From Candidatus Rifleibacterium amylolyticum (GTDB lineage: Bacteria; Muiribacteriota; Ozemobacteria; Ozemobacterales; Ozemobacteraceae): a stretch of DNA of 64,000 bases. How positions within the stretch are numbered: position 1 is the stretch's first letter; every line of letters begins with the position of its first letter. Location: the NCBI GenBank assembly GCA_009917695.1, contig JAACJG010000011.1:28997-92996 (forward strand), given 5' to 3'. The notes under the pieces were generated by a model. That model made no database searches. It worked only from the letters and a program-made list of their open reading frames with translations, and was not told the DNA's origin. Positions 18,693-30,764 of this stretch are shown here, piece by piece. The translations under genes were made by a program, and so were the position numbers.

Positions 18693-20103
18693 TTGTCCTC
18701 TCCTCGGTAGTGAAACAGAATGTGGCTCCCCGGCCTGGTTCCGATTCTGCCCAGATTCTGCCACCGTGTCGATGCAGAATTCTGGCAACAGTTGCCAGTC
18801 CGATGCCTGTTCCTGGAAACTCGGATGTTTTGTGTAGTCTCTGAAAGGGTGTGAACAGACTGTCGTAATAGTCCATATCGAACCCGGCACCATTGTCTTT
18901 GATCACAAAAGTTCTCTGTTGACCTGTCTGAACACACTTGAACTCGATTTCAGCATTTTCTTTAAACTGCGTGAATTTAACAGCATTTTCGAAAATGTTA
19001 GACAGTATCAGCTCGATCAGAGAAGGATCAACATAAGCATTCAGCCCATCTTCAATGACAAAATCAATATTGCGGTCTGGATTGTTTTCGACAAGACGAC
19101 TGGCTATATTCTGTGCCATAGCTGTTAAATCAACATCTAGCAATTGCAGCGGTGAGCGGCTTACCCTTGAATGCAGCAGCAGACCATCGATCAGCTGACC
19201 CATGCGTTGTGCTTCTGAACGTACCCGGTCAATGAATTGTCGGCCTTCATCATCGAGTCTGTCGTAGTAATCTTCCTTGAGAGCAAGACTCCAGCCATCT
19301 ATGCCGCGCAGAGGGGCGCGCAGGTCATGCGAAACGGAATAAGAGAAAGCTTCGAGCTCGCGGTTGGCAGATTCAAGCTGTTCGGTGCGACTTTTTACGC
19401 GTTGCTCCAGTTCCTGATTAAGCGTTTCAAGCTGAGCGCGATGTTGTTCTACAGCGTCTGCCATCAGATTTACAGCATCACAGAGCGTAGAGATTTCGCT
19501 CGATGATTTTGGCAATTCGACACGAACCGATAGATCGCCTTCTGCCATTTGTCTGAACTTTTTGATCAGGCTGGTGAGAGGTTTGGTTACCCAGCGTTCA
19601 AGAAGAGTCAGCGGCAGCAGAAAAATAAGAATGACAAGAATCTGAGCTGTGATCATGGCATTTCGAATGCTCGTCAGGCGAGTGTTAACTTGCGCAAGTG
19701 AAAAGCGCATGATCACTTCTCCGATTTTCTGTGAGTCTGCTGACTCAGTTTCAAGACTGGTAAGGTATACCGGTTCCCTTATCGTGACGGTCTCTGCTTC
19801 TATTTGGGCAGTGATGGCATTTGTATAGAGCATCTTGCCATCGTTATTGATAAAGTCAGCCGATATCAGTGATGGTATATGGAGAGACTGCGATGCCAGC
19901 GCTTCAAGCTGTATGACATCTTCAGAATAAATCGCTGAGACTGACTGACGTGCAACCTGCGAAGTAAAAGAGCGTGACGCTGTCTCGAAAGTATTGAGCA
20001 GATACCATCTGACGTTGCGATAATGGCCTATGCCGATTATTGACATCATGGTCACGACAGTCAATATAAAAGACAGCAGTATTCGCGATCTTATCGAGAG
20101 CAA
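18661..20103 (-). CDS. sensor histidine kinase (2 TM with periplasmic domain, HAMP, HisKA, HATPase_c)
   Basis: [19 protein letters not shown]-box; DNGAGFD and GTGIGLA ATP-lid motifs. Confidence 0.85.
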   Translation of the reverse strand: MLSIRSRILLSFILTVVTMMSIIGIGHYRNVRWYLLNTFETASRSFTSQVARQSVSAIYSEDVIQLEALASQSLHIPSLISADFINNDGKMLYTNAITAQIEAETVTIREPVYLTSLETESADSQKIGEVIMRFSLAQVNTRLTSIRNAMITAQILVILIFLLPLTLLERWVTKPLTSLIKKFRQMAEGDLSVRVELPKSSSEISTLCDAVNLMADAVEQHRAQLETLNQELEQRVKSRTEQLESANRELEAFSYSVSHDLRAPLRGIDGWSLALKEDYYDRLDDEGRQFIDRVRSEAQRMGQLIDGLLLHSRVSRSPLQLLDVDLTAMAQNIASRLVENNPDRNIDFVIEDGLNAYVDPSLIELILSNIFENAVKFTQFKENAEIEFKCVQTGQQRTFVIKDNGAGFDMDYYDSLFTPFQRLHKTSEFPGTGIGLATVARILHRHGGRIWAESEPGRGATFCFTTEERTNATENIADRG

Positions 20104-20118
20104 GCCTTACACCTCGGC

Positions 20119-21003
20119 TCAGTATATTTTTTTTGCTTTTTCCCTGACTTCACCGGGAACGACCAGATTGAATTTTTCGAGTATTGTTGCGTTGAGAATC
20201 AGATCCCAGCGCTCAAAATCACTTCTGGGCGCTAATGAATGCTGATCCTTGACCATTTCGTCTATCTTTTCTGAAATTGCTTCAGCCAGGTTTTCCGGGC
20301 TCAGAACGTAAGCGAAGGCAGCTCCCTGGCGAACCATGCCATCTGAGAATCCTGCAATCGGAGTATGTGACCTGAATGATGCCAGCAGAATCGATTTAAT
20401 TATGGCATCATTCATTATTCCCGGATCTGGCGGAAGGATGGCGGCAGTATTGCCGAAATTCAAATAACGAAGCGCAGCCGGCAGACTGCGAGGGTCATCG
20501 AGACTGCTTGATTTTATCGCCACACCAGCAGAGCTCGCAGCTTTTTGAAATGCCTCATCTGGAGCAAAACGTCCAGAGACATAGGGATACCAGATTGTCT
20601 CAAGATTTCTTTGCAAACTTTTCAGCAACTGAATCTGCAAGGCTACTGGCTGATTTGTGTTCAAATACACGATTCTCTTGTCTTCCGTCGGCTGGTCGAG
20701 AAGGGTTACCAGAATTTTCACTTTCCACAGCATCGACAGTGCCAGTTGCTGAGCGGCATCACCCAGTACAACTGCGCAGGCGGGCGGGCGGCTTTCGAGA
20801 AAGCTCAACGAAGTCTTGCCAACCGGGCAGAAAACCAGATTTTCTTTCGTAATACCCTTAAGATACTTGACTGTATCGACATGCAGCGGAATGTCGGGTC
20901 GAAAAAAGACCCATACCTCTGCCGCCTGTGCCTGCACCGCCCATCCGTTAATTACGAACAGAAGGGAGATAGCACAACGGAGTAATGTTTTTATTCTGAG
21001 CAT
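20119..21003 (-). CDS. periplasmic solute-binding-like protein (ABC-type binding component-like), hypothetical
   Basis: signal peptide MLRIKTLLRCAISLLFVINGWAVQAQA; sits between the TonB-dependent receptor and the kinase; family assignment uncertain. Confidence 0.5.
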   Translation of the reverse strand: MLRIKTLLRCAISLLFVINGWAVQAQAAEVWVFFRPDIPLHVDTVKYLKGITKENLVFCPVGKTSLSFLESRPPACAVVLGDAAQQLALSMLWKVKILVTLLDQPTEDKRIVYLNTNQPVALQIQLLKSLQRNLETIWYPYVSGRFAPDEAFQKAASSAGVAIKSSSLDDPRSLPAALRYLNFGNTAAILPPDPGIMNDAIIKSILLASFRSHTPIAGFSDGMVRQGAAFAYVLSPENLAEAISEKIDEMVKDQHSLAPRSDFERWDLILNATILEKFNLVVPGEVREKAKKIY

Positions 21004-21022
21004 TTTTTGTGTGACAGAGTTG

Positions 21023-23029
21023 TTACAGGTTCCACGACATTTCCAGCGAGAATTCACGTCCGGCCTGCGGATGATCATCCAGCACTCCGACCGGGTTTAA
21101 CACTGAAACATAAGAATGATAAGCGTTAAAAAGATTTCTGACTCTGAGCGTGATCTTGTCTGCAATTTTTGCATGGAAGCGCTGAAGAGTAAGATTGGTG
21201 ATACAGCGGCCTGAGAGCGCCTGGCGGCTGTCTGCGACATTTCTAGGTTGCTCGGCTGAGAAACTGCTCCAGATCGTGGCACAATATTCGCCGCGTTTCA
21301 CGCTGTAGCCCAGGTTCAATTTATTATGCGGCAGGCCTGGAGCTACAGCATTTGGCTGGGTTTCCGAGCGCAGGCGAAATGACGAAAGGTTGGCAAAAAC
21401 CTCCTGATTTCCTCTAAATCGCTTCTTGATCTCAAATTCCATACCATCAATAACGGTTTTGCTGATGTTGCGATAGTCGAGAAACAGTCGCGGGCTTTCG
21501 ATGCGGTCGCTTAAAGTGTTCACGAAAAAATTCACCTTGGCCTGCCAGCCGTCAAACAACTCGCCCAGCAGCTGAAATTCGTAGGTGTCAATCTTTTCCC
21601 GCTTGAGATTACGGTTATTGTTGATCTCGTGAAAATCCGGGTTGCGGTAGGCTCTGCCATAAAGGAACTTGGCTGTCCACTCGGCACTCATTCGCTTGAT
21701 CAAGGCGACTCGCGTGCTCAGGCTGTCGCCAAAAAGTGAATGTTTGTCGTAGCGCGCATCGAGAACCAGTCTCATTCTCGGGTTGAGCCTGATATCATCC
21801 TGCACTGTCAACGAATTGTTGGTGAAGCGTTCTGGTCTGGGAGCGGCTCCAGGCAGTTCACTCAGCTGTGTTGGGTCGTTGGGGCTGGCATAAGAGGCTG
21901 CTACTGTTGATTCTATCAGTTCTATCCAGGTAAGTTCGCCTCTGATCGAAAGCTGATGGCGATTTTTCCGTGGCCCTTTCCATAAAAAATTCATGCCCCA
22001 GATCGCATCTTTAGAGTGATCCTGTTCCATGACACCCAGGGGGTAGGTGACGCCATTGCTGGTTACACCTGTACTGAGTGTTTCAGCTTCCTCGCTGTCG
22101 CTGAAGCGGTTGAAAAAAAGCTCGACCGAATAATTCGACTGGTTGGCGCGGCGGTTCTGATACTTGAGTGATAACAGATCGTTCGAGCGTCTGAAGAAGG
22201 TCTTGTCGTTGAGGTTTTCAAAATACCCGATATAGCCTTCGCGCCCACCTTCGACGTGATGAGCAAGAAAGCTGTAACCTCTTGCATCCGAGATTTTCAG
22301 CATAAAATCTCGTTTGCTGAAGCTGTCTCTGGTAAACCCGGATTTGCCAAAAGTGTCTTTTTCGATTGCCAGCCTGTCGCCATCGCTGCTGTAGCCGGAA
22401 AAGCTGAAATCAAAAGTTGTCTGTCCTGATTTGAATACTTTGGCAAGCCCGATTCCTTTGCTGTCAAAGCTGCCAATTGACGCTCTGATCGAGCCTTTTG
22501 CCGGTGGATCAATCTCTGTTATACAGTTTATAATCGCAAGAAAGGCGTTGGCGCCGTACATCGCCGATCCCGGGCCTCGAATGATTTCGATACGGTTGAA
22601 GCGCATCAGGTCAATCAGGTCATAAGTCCAGTATGGGGTTCCGAGAAACTGGTTGTTGAGGCTCACACCGTCAATAAGCACCATGAAGCTGCGGTTCGAG
22701 TCAAAAACGCCGCGTGGGCCTGGCCACCAGTCTCCGGCGACTGAACGCCAGGGGTTGAAGCCTGGCGCGAATTCAAGCAATTCGGGAATCGTTCTCACGC
22801 CAAGTTGCCTTATCTGCTTCTGTGTGTACACCGAGATTATTGCCGGCGACTCTATCGCTGGCTCAAGGCTACGCATTGCAGTCACAACATTCTCAGGCTC
22901 ATACAACAGCGACAGAGATTCCATCTCGATGTCGGCGCAGTAACCTTTGCTGGCGCCAGCTATTGCCAGCACTGCTATAATCAGGAAAAACAGTCTCTTT
23001 GCAGCTTGCCTGCTGTTGTAATACTTCAT
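21023..23029 (-). CDS. TonB-dependent outer-membrane receptor
   Basis: signal peptide, plug domain with TonB-box-like region (AIISVYTQKQIRQLGVRTIPELLEFAPGF), long beta-barrel region. Confidence 0.85.
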   Translation of the reverse strand: MKYYNSRQAAKRLFFLIIAVLAIAGASKGYCADIEMESLSLLYEPENVVTAMRSLEPAIESPAIISVYTQKQIRQLGVRTIPELLEFAPGFNPWRSVAGDWWPGPRGVFDSNRSFMVLIDGVSLNNQFLGTPYWTYDLIDLMRFNRIEIIRGPGSAMYGANAFLAIINCITEIDPPAKGSIRASIGSFDSKGIGLAKVFKSGQTTFDFSFSGYSSDGDRLAIEKDTFGKSGFTRDSFSKRDFMLKISDARGYSFLAHHVEGGREGYIGYFENLNDKTFFRRSNDLLSLKYQNRRANQSNYSVELFFNRFSDSEEAETLSTGVTSNGVTYPLGVMEQDHSKDAIWGMNFLWKGPRKNRHQLSIRGELTWIELIESTVAASYASPNDPTQLSELPGAAPRPERFTNNSLTVQDDIRLNPRMRLVLDARYDKHSLFGDSLSTRVALIKRMSAEWTAKFLYGRAYRNPDFHEINNNRNLKREKIDTYEFQLLGELFDGWQAKVNFFVNTLSDRIESPRLFLDYRNISKTVIDGMEFEIKKRFRGNQEVFANLSSFRLRSETQPNAVAPGLPHNKLNLGYSVKRGEYCATIWSSFSAEQPRNVADSRQALSGRCITNLTLQRFHAKIADKITLRVRNLFNAYHSYVSVLNPVGVLDDHPQAGREFSLEMSWNL

Positions 23030-23138
23030 GCTCTAAACCTTCCACGACAATGCGGTAAAAAGAAATTGCGGCTGTCATAATGCGCTGTGAAGCTTGATTT
23101 TAGCATCATAAGCCAATTTTAGCAATACTCAATCTGTG

Positions 23139-23172
23139 GCATAAGAAAGCGCCGTGCCAGGTGGCACGGCGC
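23139..23172 (-). terminator. rho-independent terminator downstream of the C25 peptidase gene
   Basis: GCGCCGTGCC-aggt-GGCACGGCGC 10-bp stem; on minus strand followed by UUUCUUAU. Confidence 0.7.
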
Positions 23173-23225
23173 TCCAGATCATGTTATTGGCACCCTTCAG
23201 GTGCCGGCACAAACACCCTGCTGGC

Positions 23226-25037
23226 TTATTTCTGACCCATGTAGGTCTTGAGGGACGGATCGCCCATCAGGTGGTATACTTCCCAGTAATACTGCTTGCG
23301 GCTTGAGCTTGAAGCTTCTACAGCCATGTTACCGGCAACCATGAAGCCGGCGTTGCTGGTGCCATTGCCTTCGAACATAGCTTCGAAAGCGCCCGGGCCG
23401 GTTTTTTCTTTAAGCGGGGGAACGCCATCGTTGTTCGGCTTGACGATTGAGTGCAGACCGACGCCCCACCAGAAATCTTCATCCCAGTAGGTGCTGTTGG
23501 TGCCACCAACGTAACCGATAGCGCCGGCGTCTTTGGCTCTCAGCCAGGCTTCGGCGAAACATTCAGAAACTTCGAACTTGCTGGTCAGACAGCAGTTACC
23601 AATTACGAAAGGATACTTGCCCTTGTTACCGAGAGCCTTGATCTGTGAGATCGAGAAGCTCGGGTCAGCCCATGAAGTAGAAGAACCGTGAGCTGTGTAA
23701 TTCACATAAGCTGCGCCTTCGCCAACTTTTTTAACGATTTCGGCACTGTTGAACTGAGAACCGGCAGACAGTGACTTGTAAACGTTGAAGCCATTCTCTT
23801 TGTTGATGTAATACTTTTCAGCATAGTTGATGTGGGGCCAGCCGTGGCTGCGAGCCCAGCTGCCATCCCAACCGGCTACCAGTACAACGTTGTCGAGGAA
23901 TGAAGGATCGGGGAATTTATACTGACCATATTCCATGGTCTTTTCGATCTGCGGCAGCAGCTGTTCAACATTCTGAGCTGAGAAGCGGCCGGTCAGCATT
24001 TCGGGCAGGAAATCGCCGGGGGTTACAGCAACGAAATAGAGTTCGGTGATGTGTGAACCGGTTTTGCCCTTGAATGCCGGGATCTGTGCGTGATCGCCGA
24101 CGAAGAGAACATAGCTCGGAGCTGGCATGTCTGCTGTCGGGTTGTTGTAGAGGTCATGCAGGTAGGCTTTGAGAGGCTCGGTGATTGCTGGGCCAGTGCC
24201 GAATTCATCGGTGAATACGGTTTTTACTACGAAGCCCTGCTGTTTTTTCCAGGCTGCGAAAGGAGCGATAGCGTCCTTGAACATCGGGTCAGAAACGATT
24301 ACATAGCCTTCTTTGGCTCTGCTGGCACCAAACTTGAGTGCCTGGGGAACAGTAACCATTGATTCAGCAAACGAGAACGCCGGAGCGGCATAAGCGGCAT
24401 GCTTGGCTCTGCTGGCTGCGATGTCAGCACCTTCCATAACGATTTCGAAATCGATGTTGTTGTAGACGTTGATTTTGTTGTCTACAGCATTGTAGGTGAT
24501 CGGAGAAATGGTCAGGTGGGCCAGGCGCATATGTCTCATGACGCCGACTTCTTCGATGGTGGCCAGAGGCTGACCGTTGAAGCCTTTGTAAATGTATGCA
24601 GATTTTTCATAGACGAAAGGCACTTCGCTGCCATCTTTGGGAGCTGAGGGCTGTCTCGGGAAAATCTTGTTCGACACGCCGAAATCGGCGAGGTTGTAAA
24701 CTTTTGAATCGTAGCTTTTTACGACTACTTTGCAGGTTGCGCCAAACGGAATCTGGATCAGTTTGGTGATAACCGGAAGCTGCGGAGCGCCATAAGCGCC
24801 GCCGAAATACATTTCGGGAGTGTACATTACGCTGAATCTGCCCATCGGAGTTTCTGCATCATAAAAATGCAGCTTGCTCATACCGCAGTTCATGCCGAGA
24901 GTCAAATTGCCCTCGCTGTAATTCTCCGATACCACGTCGATGCCGCTGCGGACTGCATCAGAAAGAATGATCTCGTCTGCAAAAACGACCCCACTCATAC
25001 AAAGAACCATCATCAATACTGTAAAAAACTTTTTCAC
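23226..25037 (-). CDS. peptidase family C25 (gingipain-like cysteine protease) with signal peptide; no recognisable T9SS C-terminal domain
   Basis: signal peptide; YVNYTAHGSSTSWADP (His) and FVIGNCCLTSKF (Cys) resemble gingipain catalytic dyad context; about 600 aa with propeptide-like N-terminal region. Confidence 0.65.
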   Translation of the reverse strand: MKKFFTVLMMVLCMSGVVFADEIILSDAVRSGIDVVSENYSEGNLTLGMNCGMSKLHFYDAETPMGRFSVMYTPEMYFGGAYGAPQLPVITKLIQIPFGATCKVVVKSYDSKVYNLADFGVSNKIFPRQPSAPKDGSEVPFVYEKSAYIYKGFNGQPLATIEEVGVMRHMRLAHLTISPITYNAVDNKINVYNNIDFEIVMEGADIAASRAKHAAYAAPAFSFAESMVTVPQALKFGASRAKEGYVIVSDPMFKDAIAPFAAWKKQQGFVVKTVFTDEFGTGPAITEPLKAYLHDLYNNPTADMPAPSYVLFVGDHAQIPAFKGKTGSHITELYFVAVTPGDFLPEMLTGRFSAQNVEQLLPQIEKTMEYGQYKFPDPSFLDNVVLVAGWDGSWARSHGWPHINYAEKYYINKENGFNVYKSLSAGSQFNSAEIVKKVGEGAAYVNYTAHGSSTSWADPSFSISQIKALGNKGKYPFVIGNCCLTSKFEVSECFAEAWLRAKDAGAIGYVGGTNSTYWDEDFWWGVGLHSIVKPNNDGVPPLKEKTGPGAFEAMFEGNGTSNAGFMVAGNMAVEASSSSRKQYYWEVYHLMGDPSLKTYMGQK

Positions 25038-25300
25038 ACTCGTCCCCTTTCGTATACTACATGCTCCTGGAGTCTTATTACCATACGGCTGAGCACCCTT
25101 GTGATAGGGGCGGGACCGGCCGCGGCGACTTATAAGAAAATATCTCCAGGCTTCCAGTCTATATCGACTCGATTCGACAAGTCAATACCTTTAAAAAAAC
25201 TTTTCTTGATAATTCTGGTAATTTATATATTTTAGAGCGTTTGATCAGATAAAAGCACCGGGAGGAGACTTTTAATCAGCCATTCGAGGCTTCTGGTCGC

Positions 25301-25336
25301 TATTAAAAACAGCCGGCTCCTTTCAGGAACCGGCTG
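25301..25336 (-). terminator. rho-independent terminator (minus strand)
   Basis: AGCCGGCTCC-tttcag-GAACCGGCT hairpin; minus strand has GUUUUUAAUA after it. Confidence 0.55.
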
Positions 25337-25566
25337 CAATCTATACAAAAGCGCGTTGAATTTTGTTAAGCCAGAAGCTTCGGCCATCAGACGGGATGCT
25401 TTTTTGCTGACAGGAGGTCAGCAATACTTGGCAGCATCAGGATAGATGCTGCCGGGTGCTCCAGCGATTCGCTTTGCTCACAAGCTTACGAAAAAGCAAA
25501 CCCGTCTTCTGCCTCGCGACAAATTTCAAAGTTCGTTTACATAATAATCAGGTGTGGCTGACAGTA

Positions 25567-26166
25567 TTATTTTTGTTTGACCAGATTAAGACCGTTATCA
25601 TTGGTTTCCACGCCAAGGTTTGCGTAGTCATCGGTATTGATAAGCTTGCCGCGCAGCAGATCTGAAGTTGCTGTCAGCTCGGCACTGGTAAATTGCCCTT
25701 TTAAAGCGACATTGGTAGAAGAAATTGTGCCGGTTACGTCAATGCCTTCGTCAATCGGTGTGTACCCCGGGTCAGATCCTGGAACTCTTACCCAGCTTAT
25801 TACATCCAGTGCGAGAGTGCCGCTGAGGCTGTTGCCAGACTGTTTAAGCGTCAGAGTTGCATTCGCTGTCACTTCTGCTGCTCTTTCACCAAGGGCGTTA
25901 AGAGTGTAATAAGTCATTGGAATAGCCGTTTTCCATGTTCCGGTAAGATCGACTGCCGGAGTGAGTACTGTGGTAAGGGAGTTGAGCGGCACATTGGCGG
26001 TGAAGCTGGCAAGTTCGGTAACGAAGAATGAGTCGAAAGCGTTTTTAGTTGTACCGACTTTTGTGTATTGAGTGAGCAGCTGTCCAGCGAGGTAATCCTT
26101 CATGTCATCTTTGATCCCGACACTGGACAAAGTGGTTTTATCGATGCTGTAATGATCGATCAACAT
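25567..26166 (-). CDS. hypothetical Thr/Ser-rich secreted protein (possibly the C-terminal part of a split lipoprotein)
   Basis: beta-rich T/S/N composition, no own signal peptide; ATGTTGA overlap with upstream lipoprotein ORF. Confidence 0.45.
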   Translation of the reverse strand: MLIDHYSIDKTTLSSVGIKDDMKDYLAGQLLTQYTKVGTTKNAFDSFFVTELASFTANVPLNSLTTVLTPAVDLTGTWKTAIPMTYYTLNALGERAAEVTANATLTLKQSGNSLSGTLALDVISWVRVPGSDPGYTPIDEGIDVTGTISSTNVALKGQFTSAELTATSDLLRGKLINTDDYANLGVETNDNGLNLVKQK

Positions 26167-26570
26167 CGCCTAGCAGTAGTTGTAAGGTTTATGTTCTTCG
26201 CAATGTAGGTTGAAGAGTGTGGTGCGATCAGGCGCAATTCAACGCCTTCATAGGTGAATTTTACATCGTAGAAGGTAGCGACTGGAATTTCAGAAATCGA
26301 AAAATAATGAGTGGCTGGAACCAGCGTGAATGCACTGCTTTTGCCGTTCACCGTGCAGGTGCCTGAATCGGCGATTTTCTGGAGAAGGGCTTCGTCGGTG
26401 GCGTATGAAACCGCGCCCAGCAGACCATTATCAACAGCAGGAACCTCTATTTGTCCTGAAATAGTAGTATCGGTTGCCGGCAGTGAAGAACCGCCACCAC
26501 CGCCGCCACCACAACCGACCAATGAGCAGATAATCAGCAGGGAAAGGAGAATCAGACGCGATCTCTTCAT
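26160..26570 (-). CDS. lipoprotein, hypothetical
   Basis: lipobox LVGC followed by GGGGGGGSS linker. Confidence 0.55.
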   Translation of the reverse strand: MKRSRLILLSLLIICSLVGCGGGGGGGSSLPATDTTISGQIEVPAVDNGLLGAVSYATDEALLQKIADSGTCTVNGKSSAFTLVPATHYFSISEIPVATFYDVKFTYEGVELRLIAPHSSTYIAKNINLTTTARRC

Positions 26571-26936
26571 AAAATACTTCCTTTTAGCAGTTTCAAATTT
26601 GCCAGAAGAGTCCCGGAGTTACCCGGGGCGGTTCTTTTAGCCAGTGCGAATGGTAATTCCACATACCTGTCTTGCTTACGTATTATATTGCGCTTCTAAT
26701 TCGCCGTCAAACAGAATTCACATCAAGCCATGACATCAAATAAGTCTTTAAATCTGACAATATCTGCAGTATATCTCCTCTCTGTAGAATGTGTTAATAT
26801 TCAAATCTGTACAAAAGTGACCAGGTTGAAGACCGAGGCCATGGAGAGTGAATGATCAACGAGCTTTGTCACGATATCGACGATTGTTGAACCTCAATCA
26901 CGACAATGATTCTTGATGAGGATGAAGGGAACAAAC

Positions 26937-27443
26937 ATGAACAGCAAGATTAGAACAATACTTATCATAGCAGCAGTTTTTGTTTTGGGTTGGGTGGCGC
27001 GTCTGGTGCTTTTTCCGATGAGTGAGACCGCGAAGATCGAGGAAATTATCAGGCAGACAGCTGATGCTTTTGTAGAGAAGAGCTCAAAAGAGGTCGCCAG
27101 TTATCTGACTAAAGACTTCAATGTCGAGCAATTTGCTGACCGCGAGACCACCCTCAACTATCTAAAAGCATTCTTCTTCAAGGCACGCGATCTTAACGTC
27201 AACATTAAATACCTCAAACACGAAAATGACCGTCTGCCAAAAACCGCCAGTGAAGCACGGGTTCTCGGAGTTGTTGTCATCACCGGTACAGTTGAAGGCC
27301 AGAAATTTCAGGCTTTCAGCGGGAAGGGTGCCGATACCGGCGTCCTGACCATGCGCAAGATTGATGGCAAATGGCTCATTCACTCAGCCCGCCCGCTCGA
27401 CGCTGCCGACCCCGACAAAGCTTTCCAGCAGCTCGCAAAGTAG
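26937..27443 (+). CDS. hypothetical protein with N-terminal TM anchor (NTF2-like/DUF4440-like fold suspected)
   Basis: GAAGGGA RBS before ATG 26937 (ORF track starts at 26913); single N-terminal hydrophobic helix. Confidence 0.5.
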   Translation: MNSKIRTILIIAAVFVLGWVARLVLFPMSETAKIEEIIRQTADAFVEKSSKEVASYLTKDFNVEQFADRETTLNYLKAFFFKARDLNVNIKYLKHENDRLPKTASEARVLGVVVITGTVEGQKFQAFSGKGADTGVLTMRKIDGKWLIHSARPLDAADPDKAFQQLAK

Positions 27444-27445
27444 CA

Positions 27446-28135
27446 TTATTCAGCAGCTGTGGCCTGTGATCTGGCGTGTGCTGCCCGGGCCCAGTAGATC
27501 ACTGGCGTGTCGAACAGGGCGACACACCACTTCATCACATAGGTCGTCGCGAAAATCTGCCAGATGACATTGGGCTCAAATACACCCCAGAATGCCATCA
27601 ATGTAAAGATCGTGTTATCGAGCAGTTGGCTGGTCATGGTCGAAAGATTGTTGCGCAGCCAGAGATGCTGTGGAAACCTCTTCTTGAGATAATTATAAAA
27701 CCAGACATCAAAATTCTGACTGACCATATAAGCTGTTATGCTCGCAAAAGCAATACGCGGCAACAGCGAAAAAATGGCGTTTAGCGCATCACTTGAGGTG
27801 TCCGAAGCGTGCGGAGCAAACCACAGGCATACCTGCATGATCAGAGTAGTTGCAACAATCGAAAAAATGCCGATTTTTACGCCTTTTTTCGCTTCATCTT
27901 CTCCATAGCACTCACAGAGAATATCTGTGGCCAGAAACGAAGTTCCGTACATTACGTTGCCCAGTGTGGTAACAAAGCCGAACAGCTCGATCGTTTTGAT
28001 GACCTGAATATTGGCAAGTATCGAAGCAAGAGTGATCCAGGCGAACAGACCATAATGTCTGAAATACCTGAATGCTATTGCGATCAGGCTGTAATTGAGA
28101 AGCAGCAGAACAAACCATATCGTGTTATTACTCAT
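27446..28135 (-). CDS. yhhQ: queuosine precursor transporter, YhhQ/DUF165 (VUT) family
   Basis: start MSNNTIWFVLLLL with AGGGA RBS (ORF track starts upstream at 28225); polytopic; divergent from tgt. Confidence 0.75.
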   Translation of the reverse strand: MSNNTIWFVLLLLNYSLIAIAFRYFRHYGLFAWITLASILANIQVIKTIELFGFVTTLGNVMYGTSFLATDILCECYGEDEAKKGVKIGIFSIVATTLIMQVCLWFAPHASDTSSDALNAIFSLLPRIAFASITAYMVSQNFDVWFYNYLKKRFPQHLWLRNNLSTMTSQLLDNTIFTLMAFWGVFEPNVIWQIFATTYVMKWCVALFDTPVIYWARAAHARSQATAAE

Positions 28136-28609
28136 ATTATCCCTGTGCTGACGGCAGCGACAGCTTAATCGGTCGATGCCTGTGAAATGAGTGAACAGAA
28201 TACCCGCTGCCCGCCAATAATTCAAGTGCTATTTAGTGCGCGGGAGATAGTATTATTAATACTTCATAAATATAGCCGACTAAAACACACGGCTAGCTGA
28301 ATCTACTAAGGGCGCAGGCGGGTTTCTCATGAGCGAAAACTTTTTGCACAGGGAGGTGCTTATGCAGAGCTGCGCAGGATAGAGCAGCTCTGCCGAGCCA
28401 GGCAGATTTGACGCCAATCCATAGCTATTCACATCAAGTCTTCGCCTGGGGAGAGTTGTAGCGAATGAGGGCAAGCCATCCGCATCTCTAACGGCTGAAG
28501 CCGTAAGAGCTGCCTAATTCCGCCGAGAGCCCGAATGGGCGGGATTCGTGTGATGCCGATTTTTAACATGCAGGAATCAATTAATCATGCTTGTGTAGAT
28601 GCCCTTTGA

Positions 28610-30676
<2,067 letters not shown>

Positions 30677-30698
30677 CACTATCTGCTGTAAGTTTAAG

Positions 30699-30727
30699 TT
30701 GCCTAGGTTTCCGGGGTAGATTATACT
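30699..30727 (+). promoter_or_regulatory. sigma70-like promoter for the MVP gene (TTGCCT -17- TATACT)
   Basis: -35 at 30699-30704, 17-nt spacer, -10 TATACT at 30722-30727, AGGAGGA RBS downstream. Confidence 0.5.
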
Positions 30728-30764
30728 GCTTCTGTTGGATCTATATACAGCAGGAGGAAGCAGA

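Noticed and set aside
18693-18893. N-terminal 67-aa extension of the response regulator ORF
   Set aside because: The extension overlaps the kinase coding region and lacks receiver-domain homology. A GAGGAG RBS and the canonical [12 protein letters not shown] start at 18692 indicate the shorter gene
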